Source: Phycisphaerae bacterium
GTDB taxonomy: Bacteria > Planctomycetota > Phycisphaerae > UBA1845
Assembly: GCA_963666835.2 (NCBI GenBank)
Contig: CAXXGO010000001.1
Location: 1,120,001-1,184,000, forward strand
Direction: 5' to 3'
DNA length: 64,000 bases
Shown here: positions 40,201 through 50,217 of the stretch, one piece after another
Layout: the number at the start of each line of letters is the position of its first letter
Position numbering within the stretch: position 1 is the stretch's first letter
Notes under the pieces: model-generated
Told to the model about the DNA's origin: nothing
Databases searched by the model: none
Seen by the model: the letters and a program-made list of their open reading frames with translations, nothing else
Translations under genes and position numbers: made by a program

Positions 40201-42959
40201 TTATGATGTGTGGCGCCTGTTGCCTGGGAGGAGAGAATTGCTCTGATGCCACCCGGGTCGAGGACTGTAGCGGTTCCTGGCCGGGGATCGGGTCGATCTG
40301 CCTGACGGACATCACCGGAAACGGTAATGATGACGCCTGTGAGCCGATCGGCTACGCACCGTGCGAAACGCAGAGGATCGAAGCAACGTTGCCCGCCGAG
40401 AACGACTCGTTCGGTTCGGCTGTGGCCGTGGAGGGGGCTCGGGTAGTGATCGGGGCTCCAATGGACGACGCCGCGGCCAGCAATGGTGGTGCCGTGTATG
40501 TATCCGAAAGATCCGGTTCGACGTGGGGCGCTGTGGAGAGAATCACGGCCGGTGACGCGGAGACGAACGACCAGTTCGGGTCGGCGGTGGCTTTGAGCGG
40601 CGATCGCATCGCGGTTGGGGCACCGCTGGAGAACTCGGCCGGGGCGCGTTCCGGTTCCGTCTATGTCTTTGAGTTACAGGGCGAGGACTGGGTAACCGAC
40701 GGCAAGCTCTTTGCGGACGACGGGGCGGTCGACGATCGGTTAGGCACGTCGGTAGCGATGAGCGGCGACGTAATCGTTATCGGTGCTCCTCTGGCCGACG
40801 TTTCCGCAAGCGCCTCTGGGGCGGCTTACGTCTTCAGGCGCGGGGCGCTCAGTTGGGTCCAGGAGGCCAAGCTGACCATCGCCGCTGGTGTTGCGGGGGA
40901 CCAGTTTGGAGCATCGGTTGCGATTGAGGACGGCATAATCGTCGTCGGGGCTCCCGCGGGCGGGAGCGGCACAGGGCAGGCCTATGTGTTCGAATGGAAT
41001 GGTACCGATTGGGGTAGTGGGGAGCTGCTGGTTTCCGCCGACGTGGAGACGGATGATCGATTCGGTTCGGCGGTGTCCATAAGCGGAGATCGCATTCTGA
41101 TCGGTTGTAGGCGCGATGACGACCAGGGTTTCAATGCCGGAGCGGCCTACCTGTTCCACCTGGTGCGGTATTCGTGGGTCGAGGAGGTCAAGCTGACCGC
41201 GTCGGTTGGCGGTGCGAACGACGAGTTCGGCTCGGCCGTGTCTCTGAACGGTTTCGTGGCGGTCGTGGGGGCTCAGCAGAGCAGTAGCAGCTCCGGCGCG
41301 GCGTATGCCTACCATTGGGATGGGTCGTCGTGGGGTGACGAACTGAAACTGACAGCGTTCGGGGGCGAGAGCGGTGACTCCTTCGGCTGTGCCGTTTCGG
41401 TGAGCGGCGTAATCACTATGATCGGAAGCGTGAATGGTGATGGCACTGTTGCTGACTCAGGTTTGGCTCATGCGTTTGACGTTGCAGGCGAGGATTCCGA
41501 TTCCGACGGAGTGCTTGACTGCTGTGATGCGTGCCCTGGTTTTGACGATGCCCTTGACGACGATGGCGATGGGGTTCCGGATGACTGTGATGTGTGTCCG
41601 TGGGGCGACGATAATATAGACTGCCAGAACAACGGCACGCCGGACGCCTGTGATTTGCATGAAGGGACCAGTGCGGACTGTAATACCAACGAGATTCCAG
41701 ACGAGTGCGAAGTTCCGCCGATCGATCCGGACGGAGCGGACTGCAACGGAAACCTGGTGCCGGACGAGTGCGATATAGCCGGACCGACTAGTGAGGACTG
41801 CCAGCCAAACGGCATCCCGGACGAGTGCGACATTGCGTCGGGCACTTCTGTTGACAGCAATGGTAACGGCACTCCGGACGAGTGCGAGTCGTTCTGCGAT
41901 GCGCCGGACGTGGAAGCGATCGGCTCGCGGTATCTGGCGATCACCCCGGCTGACGGGGTCGACCCGGTGGCGTTCCGGGTTACTTCACCGGACTGGCCTT
42001 GTTTGGAGAAGTACGTGGGTGGCGTTCTGGAGTGTGGTGAGACCGGGGTCGCGTGCATGACGGACGCGGACTGCAATCATTGCGACGGGTTCTACGGCGG
42101 GCCGTGTTTGACTGACGCAGACTGCAAAACGTGCGACGACTTGGGGCATACGCCCTGCCAGACCATCGACGATTGTCCGACGGGCAGTACGTGCATCCAG
42201 GAGGAGTCGTGCGTTGTCACCGGCGCGGTGTGCGAGCCGCATCTGCCGCTCGAGGGAATCGACCTGAACGCGGATGGGGTCGAGGACGCCGTTATTGCGG
42301 CGTTGGTGGACGCGGCGGATGCGGCGTATCTGACTCCGGAAGAGTGGGGACGATCACGGCGGACCTGTTCTGTAACCCTGGCTTCCTGCGAGACGAATGA
42401 CGATTGCGATGTGGGAACGTGCAGTCTGACGGGGTCGGTTTGCAGTCTGTCGACACCCAATTCGTGCAACAATGCGTGTACGTTGTCGGGGTATGAATGC
42501 GAGAACGACGAGCAATGTATTGGCGGACCGGACGATCTATGCCTGAATCCGCAAACGTGCGAGCCGTTTGAAACCTGTACCGACGGACGCGTGATAGTCG
42601 TTGGTCCGGAGTTGGTGCCGAGCGCAGGTGACGACGCGATGACGTACGCTGTCCGCGCGGAATGCGGGACCGCAACCGAAGATCGTAGCGCGGACATGTG
42701 GCGGTGGTGTGACGCGAACAACGATACGCTGGTTAACATCGGTGACATCCAACTGACATTGCTGGGGTTCCGGGCCCAGTATGCGGTGGCGATACCGCCG
42801 AGAACCCTGGCCGCGGTGGACTTCGTGGGCAGCGTGCCGTGCGTTACCAACCAGACCGTGAGTTTCTCGGATGTCCAGCAGGCGATCCTGGCGTTCAAGG
42901 GAGGTACATACCTCGACGCGATTTCGGGCTCCGACGACTGTAACTTGCCGTGCCCGTAG
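34239..42959 (+). CDS. Giant secreted Cys/Asp-rich repeat protein (2906 aa): disintegrin-like repeats, FG-GAP propeller, Ca-binding repeats, dockerin-like C-terminus
   Basis: Signal peptide; CRxxxxDCDxxExCDGxSxxCPxD units; FGSAVA...IGAP repeats; DCNxNxxPDECD; VNIGDIQ/VSFSDVQ. Confidence 0.92.
   Translation: [2906 protein letters not shown]
34410..36795 (+). repeat. Intragenic tandem array of ~25 x 96-bp units with a 192-bp A/B higher-order period
   Basis: Alternating [31 protein letters not shown] / [28 protein letters not shown](E/D)VA. Confidence 0.92.
38870..40020 (+). repeat. Intragenic ~180-bp (60 aa) tandem repeat, ~6 copies
   Basis: [49 protein letters not shown]. Confidence 0.85.
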
Positions 42960-43154
42960 GGCGCTTGGCCGGTGCATGAACGCTTTCGCCGATCCGTACA
43001 TGTTGCGGCCGGATGCGGCTCGGACTGTGGTGACGGGCAAGGTGTACAGCCAGCTTGTCCGTTGCCATGGCAGGCCGGGAGGGGGCCTTTCAGTCGGGCC
43101 CGGCATACGTGCAAACGAACCTCGGCTTGCCGGTGATTCCGAGCGTGAACCGCG

Positions 43155-43673
43155 CTAGCCCAGTCGAGTGAGCAGAGTCTTGAGGAACCCCATAGCGACG
43201 GGCGCCGGGACGCCTTCGATTGGCGGAGCAAGTTCGTCCAGGGCGAGCCCTTCGACGTAGTCACGTGCCCGGGTTCCGGCCTGTTTCAGCTCGGCTACCG
43301 CCGCGTCGGCCTCGTCGAGTCTGGAATCGCGCATGGCGAAGAGGAACGCCTCGACTTCTTGCTCCAGGTCCACCACGGTGCTCGAAGACGCAGGCCGGCG
43401 AGACCCTTCGGCGCCGGGCTCTTCGTCCGGGATCGGCGCATCGTCGTGTCCGACAGAGGCGATGAATGCGGTTGATTCCTCTCGAAGCTGTTTAGCGCGA
43501 AGTTCTTCCTCCGCATCCAGCGGCGCTAGCCGGAGTTCCTCCTCCTCGTCGCCGGCCGGAGTGGGAATGTACACGCTGCCCTTGCAGTAGGGGCAGCGCC
43601 CCTGTTTGCCACCGGCGTCGTCTGGGGCGCGAATCAACTTGGTACATGCCGGACAATGAAGTTCAATGCTCAT
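43155..43673 (-). CDS. Hypothetical protein with N-terminal zinc ribbon
   Basis: CPAC...GRCPYC; GAGG RBS. Confidence 0.75.
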   Translation of the reverse strand: MSIELHCPACTKLIRAPDDAGGKQGRCPYCKGSVYIPTPAGDEEEELRLAPLDAEEELRAKQLREESTAFIASVGHDDAPIPDEEPGAEGSRRPASSSTVVDLEQEVEAFLFAMRDSRLDEADAAVAELKQAGTRARDYVEGLALDELAPPIEGVPAPVAMGFLKTLLTRLG

Positions 43674-43744
43674 GTGGAAACCTCGTTGCCGAAACTCCAG
43701 ACCGGGCTTAAGGTCTCACGCGGACATCGTCTCCCGGTCGGATC

Positions 43745-45076
43745 CTACGGGGCTGTGGCGCTCCCACGCCGCGCTCTGAATATCAATCGTATCGGGATTT
43801 CCGCAAACGGCAAACTCTCGCGAAAACGGTTGAGCAGGAATCGTTGGTAGGTTTGAGTGACGAGGCTCGGGCTGTTTACGAACACGACTATCGTCGGAGG
43901 GAGCACCGACACCTGGGTCGCAAAGAAGAACTTCGGTACCCTTCGCCCTCTCTTGGGGCGGGGTGCGTTCGTTTGCATGGCCTCGTGCAACACCTGATTG
44001 AGCTGGCCGGTGCCGACCCGCATGTTGGACTGTTTGAACAGCTCCGCCGCCAGGTCGATCGTCGAGTCCAGGTTCTTTCCGGTTATTGCGGAGGTGAACG
44101 CTACCGGTGCGAAATCCACTCCCGGGAGGACTTTGCTAAGATAGTCGCCGTACTCCTCGGTCGACGTTCGTCCCTTCGCCAGGTCCCACTTGTTCACCAC
44201 AAGGATGCAGGGTCGGTACTCCTCCGAGATCATCTGGGCCAGCCGTTTGTCCACTTGTCCGATTGGCTCGGTCGAGTCGATAAGCAGAAGGACGACGTCA
44301 GCGCGCTGGACCGATGAAGTTGCCCTGGAATAGGCGTAGAACTCGATATCATCGGCGATTCTGCTCTTTTTTCGCACCCCGGCCGTGTCGATCGCCACCA
44401 GGGTGCGGCCGTCTTTTTCGAAGCGGATGTCAATGGCGTCCCGGGTAGTACCGGGCACTTCGCTGACGATGACGCGTTCCTCCCCGGCGAGGGCGTTGAT
44501 GAATGTGCTCTTGCCGGCATTACGTTTGCCGACCAGGGCGATCTTCATTACCGGGTTGGCAGGGATTTCATCACTTGCTCCGGCGACCGCCTCCCGGATG
44601 ATCTGTAAGACGTCTTCACGCCCGTAGCCCTTAGCCGCGCTGATCGGCAACGGCTCGCCGAAGCCCAGCCGGGCGAACTCGCCGATCCCGTCTCCCAGAT
44701 GAGGCTCGTCGACCTTGTTGGCCAGGATTCTGACCCGTTGCGTATAGCGTCTGAGGAGCTCGGCCGTGTTGCGATCCAAGGCGGTCAACCCGTCCCGGGC
44801 GTCCACGACGAAGAGGATCAGCCGGGCCTGCTGCACGGCGAACCGGATCTGCCGTTCAACGTGTTCACCTAGATCGTCGCGGTCGACGACTCCGTGGCCG
44901 CCGGTATCGACCAGCTCGAAGAACACATCATCGACTTCGTGTATGGCGCTGATCCGGTCGCGAGTGACCCCGGCCGTCGGCTCGACGATGGCGGTTCGGC
45001 GACGCGTGATGGTGTTGAAGAGGCTGCTCTTACCGACATTGGGGCGGCCGACGATGGCAACTACCGGAAGTGGCAT
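43745..45076 (-). CDS. der: Ribosome biogenesis GTPase Der (EngA)
   Basis: Two G domains: GRPNVGKS/DTGG/NKVD and GKRNAGKS/DTAG/NKWD; KH-like tail. Confidence 0.97.
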   Translation of the reverse strand: MPLPVVAIVGRPNVGKSSLFNTITRRRTAIVEPTAGVTRDRISAIHEVDDVFFELVDTGGHGVVDRDDLGEHVERQIRFAVQQARLILFVVDARDGLTALDRNTAELLRRYTQRVRILANKVDEPHLGDGIGEFARLGFGEPLPISAAKGYGREDVLQIIREAVAGASDEIPANPVMKIALVGKRNAGKSTFINALAGEERVIVSEVPGTTRDAIDIRFEKDGRTLVAIDTAGVRKKSRIADDIEFYAYSRATSSVQRADVVLLLIDSTEPIGQVDKRLAQMISEEYRPCILVVNKWDLAKGRTSTEEYGDYLSKVLPGVDFAPVAFTSAITGKNLDSTIDLAAELFKQSNMRVGTGQLNQVLHEAMQTNAPRPKRGRRVPKFFFATQVSVLPPTIVVFVNSPSLVTQTYQRFLLNRFRESLPFAEIPIRLIFRARRGSATAP

Positions 45077-45419
45077 AAGATCAACGCTTGTTTGAGTTTA
45101 CGGTCGGCAACCTCCGCGGCTAAGCGGAACTTGGCGCCAGGGGCGAAGCCAGATTAACGGCCTCACGGGCAACCGTCCACATCAGATCGAAGTCGACCTT
45201 ATTCATCTGCAGTTGTCAATACGGCACGCGATTGAGGGCCTTGGCGGGGATCGCCGGCGGAGATGGCAGTCGGGACTCGACACGCGGAGGATCGATGGGA
45301 CAATGGCCTCTGTTGGCAATGTGGGGCGTTTGATTTCGGGGCGCTTCCCGTGAGGACGTAGCGCGCACCGAGGCAAACACCTTTGGGCGGGCGAATCACA
45401 GAAAGGGAACCTGGCTGAT

Positions 45420-46781
45420 ATGAAGACCATCATCGAACCATTCCGCATCAAGACCGTCGAACCGATCCGCATGACCACGCGGGAGCAGCGCGAGAGGATT
45501 CTCCGCGAGGCCGGCATGAACGTCTTTCTGATAAAGGCGGAGAACGTGCTCATCGATCTCTTGACGGATAGCGGTACGGGGGCGATGAGCAGCGAGCAGT
45601 GGGCCGGGATTATGCGAGGCGATGAGTCCTATGCGGGGGCCACCAGCTTCCATCGCTTTTACGAGCAGGTGTTCAGCACGACCGGGTTTGAGCACATTCT
45701 GCCGACGCACCAAGGGCGGGCCAGCGAACGGATTCTGTTCGAGGTGGCCGCCGGACCGGGTATGGTTGTGCCGAATAACAGCCACTTCGACACCACACGG
45801 GCCAACGTCGAGCACTCCGGGGCGAAGGCTGTGGATCTGGTCATACCAGAGGGGCACGATGTGAAATCGCGGCACCCGTTCAAAGGAAACATGGACATTG
45901 GGAGGCTGGAGAGCCTGTTCAAGGAAGTCGGGGCGGAGCGGATTCCGCTGGTAATGGTGACCATCACGAACAACAGCGGTGGTGGCCAGCCGGTGAGCCT
46001 GGAGAATCTCCGGGCCGTACGCAAGGTCTGCGATACTTACTCCACGCCGTTCTTCCTCGATGCGTGCCGGTTCGCGGAGAACGCTTATCTGATCAAGCAA
46101 CGCGAACCGGGCCAGGACGGCAAGACGGTGGCGCAGATCGTTCGCGAGATGTTCGACTTGGCTGACGGGGCGACGATCAGTGCCAAGAAAGACGGCTTAG
46201 TCAACATTGGCGGGCTTCTCCTGCTTCGTGACGGCGAGACCGCCCGGAAGGCCCGTAATCTGCTGATCCTGACGGAGGGGTTCCCGACCTACGGTGGCTT
46301 GGCCGGACGCGATTTGGAGGCTATCGCCCAGGGGTTCGTCGAGGTTGTCCAAGAGGACTACCTGCAGTATCGCATTCGTAGCGTGGAGTACTTTGGGGAG
46401 AGGCTGTTGGCGGGGGGGGTTCAGATCATCGAGCCGCCGGGCGGGCACGCGATATACATCGACGCTTCGTCCTTCTGTCCGCACATCAAGGCGGAGAACT
46501 TCCCGGGGCAGGCCCTGGTATGTGCGCTGTATCGTCATGCCGGGATTCGTGGCGTTGAGATTGGCAGCTTGATGTTCGGCGGCGGGGGGCAGGCGCCGGA
46601 TATGGAGCTGGTGCGATTGGCGATGCCGAGGCGAGTCTATACGCAGAGCCATGTTGATTATGTAATCGAGGCGATCTTGGAGCTTAAGGCGGAGCGCGAT
46701 CTTATGAAGCCGCTCGAGATTGTGGAGGCGGCTCCGCAGCTTCGGCATTTTACCGCGAGACTCCGCGAGCTGGACAACTGA
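45420..46781 (+). CDS. tnaA: Tryptophanase (beta-eliminating lyase; tyrosine phenol-lyase not excluded)
   Basis: EPFRIK.VE, DLLTDSG, HFDTTR, SAKKDG PLP lysine, PTYGGLAGRD, PRRVYT. Confidence 0.88.
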   Translation: MKTIIEPFRIKTVEPIRMTTREQRERILREAGMNVFLIKAENVLIDLLTDSGTGAMSSEQWAGIMRGDESYAGATSFHRFYEQVFSTTGFEHILPTHQGRASERILFEVAAGPGMVVPNNSHFDTTRANVEHSGAKAVDLVIPEGHDVKSRHPFKGNMDIGRLESLFKEVGAERIPLVMVTITNNSGGGQPVSLENLRAVRKVCDTYSTPFFLDACRFAENAYLIKQREPGQDGKTVAQIVREMFDLADGATISAKKDGLVNIGGLLLLRDGETARKARNLLILTEGFPTYGGLAGRDLEAIAQGFVEVVQEDYLQYRIRSVEYFGERLLAGGVQIIEPPGGHAIYIDASSFCPHIKAENFPGQALVCALYRHAGIRGVEIGSLMFGGGGQAPDMELVRLAMPRRVYTQSHVDYVIEAILELKAERDLMKPLEIVEAAPQLRHFTARLRELDN

Positions 46782-46808
46782 CGTCGCCCGTGTCTTGGAG
46801 GTGCGCAG

Positions 46809-47381
46809 ATGCCGTCGGTGCCCCGGATTGACTCGTTGGAGCAACGTCGCGAACTCCTGAGGGTGGCCCGGGCGAACGCAACGCGGGCAAGTGGGGGTGC
46901 CGACGAGGTTACGAGCAAGATACGGGTCCCCGGCGTGTTTGGCGGGGCCTTTGTGACTTTCTGGGGGAAAGGCAAGAAGCTGCGCGGGTGTGTCGGCAGC
47001 TTCGGGCGTACCAGCGACATCGTGGAGACGATCCGAGAGGTGACGACTATGTCGATGACGGATTCGCGGTTTGCCGCGGACCCTATCTCGGCCACCGAGC
47101 TGCCGGAGCTGGATATTGAGGTCTCCATACTGTCCGATCTAGAGCTTACCGACGATCCGGCGAGCCTGACTCCCGGAGTTCACGGGATTGTCGTGCGGAG
47201 GGGCTCGCGGTCGGGGTGCTTTCTTCCCAAAGTGGCCGCGGAGCGAGGTTGGTCGGCCGAGCAGTTTCTGTCGGCATGTTGCACCATGAAGGCCGGACTT
47301 CCGGCGGACGCGTGGCGTGATTCGGGTGTGGAGGTGTTGCTGTTCACGGCACAGGTGTTCTCGGAGTCGAGCCCGGCGTGA
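46809..47381 (+). CDS. amrA: AmmeMemoRadiSam system protein A (AMMECR1 domain)
   Basis: GAFVT, LRGCVG, DSRF, EVSILS, FLPKVA, KAGL. Confidence 0.85.
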   Translation: MPSVPRIDSLEQRRELLRVARANATRASGGADEVTSKIRVPGVFGGAFVTFWGKGKKLRGCVGSFGRTSDIVETIREVTTMSMTDSRFAADPISATELPELDIEVSILSDLELTDDPASLTPGVHGIVVRRGSRSGCFLPKVAAERGWSAEQFLSACCTMKAGLPADAWRDSGVEVLLFTAQVFSESSPA

Positions 47382-47442
47382 CGGCTTGAGGTTCGTGCCT
47401 TGTCCGGGGACATCTGGAGCATCGCAGGGTGGCCGGTTGAGA

Positions 47443-47823
47443 ATGGGTTGGAGCCGGATTCGCGCTATCGATCGGGTGCGTTTGGAAGCCTCTCCGGAGG
47501 TAGTGGACGGACTTCGCTGGTTCTACGGTGAGGTTGCCGGTTTGGAGGCCGACTTGGCGTCCTCTCCGGGCCGGTTGTGTTTCAAATCGGGGCGGATTGA
47601 GCTAACGATCAACCTCGTGGACCGGCCGAAGATCGAGCGAATCGCCCGCGTTGCCACCATCTCGGTGCGTTCTCTGGCGGAGGTGGGGGAGATGTTGGAC
47701 GAGGCCGGGGTGCCTTACGATCGAAGTAGGGGGCTGAGCTACACGGATCGGAGGATCTGGGTACACGATCCCGCGGGTAACAGGGTTGAGTTGAAGCAGG
47801 AATGGCCTGTCGTGTCGCTCTGA
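47443..47823 (+). CDS. VOC/glyoxalase family protein
   Basis: WFYGEVAGL...HDPAGNRVEL. Confidence 0.75.
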   Translation: MGWSRIRAIDRVRLEASPEVVDGLRWFYGEVAGLEADLASSPGRLCFKSGRIELTINLVDRPKIERIARVATISVRSLAEVGEMLDEAGVPYDRSRGLSYTDRRIWVHDPAGNRVELKQEWPVVSL

Positions 47824-48771
47824 CGGCAGGTAGGGGTCGGGTTGGCGAAAAACTGTCGGGAAAATCCGGAAAGTGGGATGACAGAGACCGTGGGGTCTTG
47901 TATATTGCTCAGGTCCTGCAGCGTTGAGCGTCCTGTCGTAGTCGCCACTCCGATCTGTTGGCTCCGTTTTCTATGTTCGACAGGCCTTGAGGGAAGCGGT
48001 CGTTAGATCGGCCTTGCCCGGACGCTGGCGTGGGGCGTTCTCCCCGGTGGCGTTTCACCCCCGAGTTGCGGGTTGGGAGTCGAGAGCCTGCCGACGAAGG
48101 TCGGGGGTCTCCGGGGCGACGTCCGTCGGCGGCGCGAGCCCAGTGCCGTGGTGGAGTCGTTGAGTTTGGCCCGGCGCGGGTTGACGCGGAACGCGCCGAG
48201 CCGCTTCTTTGGCTCAGACGATGGAGTTGGTTTTCGCAAGTCCATCGGTCGCCGTTGTTTAGCGGCGTATTGGGGTAGTGCTCGATAAAACGAGCCGGTT
48301 TTTCGGAATCGTTCGATCTAGCTGGGATACTCCACGCATAGGTCGAACGGTTATTAGTGGATGGTCCTGTCGCCGCTGAGGCAGCGTCGGATCATGCTGG
48401 AATCCCCCTACGATTCGGGGCAGTTGGATGGAATCTGGGATGCAGTAGCACTGGTGGACAGGGGTCGGTCGGCTTGCCCGTGGTGCGTGGTAAGTTGGCT
48501 GGGATCTTGCGAAGGCGGGAAAATCTGCCGAAACCACTGGACGTTAAGCGGGTATATGCCGATCATTTATTGGTAAACCACCCCAGCATCGCCGCATTGC
48601 GTCCTGAGATTGAGCGATTTATTCTTCGGTGCTGGCAGCTTTTTCCGACTAGCGTTGGAAGCGGTTCTGCCTTTTGAAGCGTTCTCTAAGACCTTAAGTT
48701 CCAGACCTGATAGACAAGCCAGATACGGATCTACGGATCTGAGGCATATCTCGATTGAGGAGGATTGTTTG

Positions 48772-50217
48772 ATGGCGAAAGCCACGACCAACAAGACGCG
48801 TACTTCCCGCAAGAAGGCCACCGGTTCCGCACGCTCTTCCAAGGCGGAGCCCCCGACATCCGAATCCGAGCCGGTGGAAGACACCGCGGAGGAGTTCGGT
48901 GAGGATTTGGACGGGCCGATCGACGCCGAGACCCACGCGAAGTACGAGGAGATCAAGCGGGGTGAGATTCACATCACCGAACTCCAGCGTATGACGGTGC
49001 AGGAGCTTCACGAAGTCGCCAAGACGGAAGGCCTTGACGAATACACCGGGCTGAAGAAGCAGGACCTGGTTTTCAAGATCCTCAAAGAGCGGATCAACCG
49101 CGACGGCTTGATGTATGGCGAGGGGGTGTTGGAGATCCTGCCCGACGGATTCGGGTTCTTGCGTAGCCCGGAGTACAACTACCTGCCGTGTCCGGACGAC
49201 ATTTACATCAGCCCGTCGCAGATTCGCCGGTTCGGCTTGCGGAACGGGCACATCGTCGCCGGCCAGATCAGACCGCCGAAGGAGTCCGAGCGCTATTTCG
49301 CGCTGTTGCGCGTGGAGGCGATCAACTTCGAGGATCCGAATGTCGTTACCGAGAAGACCAACTTCGAAGACCTGACGGTTCTGCACCCCGAAGAGCGGTA
49401 CATTCTCGAAACCACTCCGGACGAGATCAACATGCGGATTGTCGACCTGGTGACACCCATCGGGAAGGGGCAGAGGATGTTGATCGTGGCTCCGCCGCGG
49501 ACGGGTAAGACCGTCCTTCTTCGGAAGATGGCCAACGCCATTGCCGCTAACCAGCCGGACACGTACGTATTCGTCCTACTGATTGATGAGCGTCCGGAGG
49601 AAGTCACCGAGATGATCCGCTGCACCACGGCCGAAGTGGTCAGTTCGACGTTCGATGAGCCGGCTTCGCGGCACGTACAGGTTGCGGAAATGGTGATCGA
49701 GAAGGCCAAGCGTCTGGTCGAATTCGGGCGGGACGTGGTGATTTTGCTCGATTCGATTACGCGATTGGCCCGGGCGTACAACACCGAAGTACCCCATTCC
49801 GGCAAGATTCTCTCCGGTGGTATTGATGCCAACGCATTGCAGAAGCCGAAGCGCTTTTTCGGAGCGGCCCGTAACATGGAAGAGGGCGGTTCGCTGACGA
49901 TCATCGGGACCGCGCTGGTTGATACCGGCTCGAAGATGGATGAAGTTATCTTCGAGGAGTTCAAGGGCACGGGTAATAGCGAGCTGCACCTTGATCGGCG
50001 GCTGGTGGATCGGCGGGTGTGGCCGGCTATCGATGTGGCCGGTTCCGGTTCGCGCAAGGAAGAGCTGTTGATGGACCCGAAGGAGCTGGAGCTGGTCTAT
50101 CGGCTGCGGCGCGTGCTGACTGATATGAATGTCGTCGAGGCTATTGAGCTTCTGCGCGGCCAACTGCAGAAGTGTCGAACGAACGCCGAGTTCCTGATGA
50201 CCATGAACCTGGCGTAA
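48772..50217 (+). CDS. rho: Transcription termination factor Rho
   Basis: [49 protein letters not shown]. Confidence 0.98.
   Translation: MAKATTNKTRTSRKKATGSARSSKAEPPTSESEPVEDTAEEFGEDLDGPIDAETHAKYEEIKRGEIHITELQRMTVQELHEVAKTEGLDEYTGLKKQDLVFKILKERINRDGLMYGEGVLEILPDGFGFLRSPEYNYLPCPDDIYISPSQIRRFGLRNGHIVAGQIRPPKESERYFALLRVEAINFEDPNVVTEKTNFEDLTVLHPEERYILETTPDEINMRIVDLVTPIGKGQRMLIVAPPRTGKTVLLRKMANAIAANQPDTYVFVLLIDERPEEVTEMIRCTTAEVVSSTFDEPASRHVQVAEMVIEKAKRLVEFGRDVVILLDSITRLARAYNTEVPHSGKILSGGIDANALQKPKRFFGAARNMEEGGSLTIIGTALVDTGSKMDEVIFEEFKGTGNSELHLDRRLVDRRVWPAIDVAGSGSRKEELLMDPKELELVYRLRRVLTDMNVVEAIELLRGQLQKCRTNAEFLMTMNLA

Noticed and set aside
45199..45419. TnaC-like leader peptide before tnaA
   Set aside because: No convincing short Trp-containing leader ORF identified.
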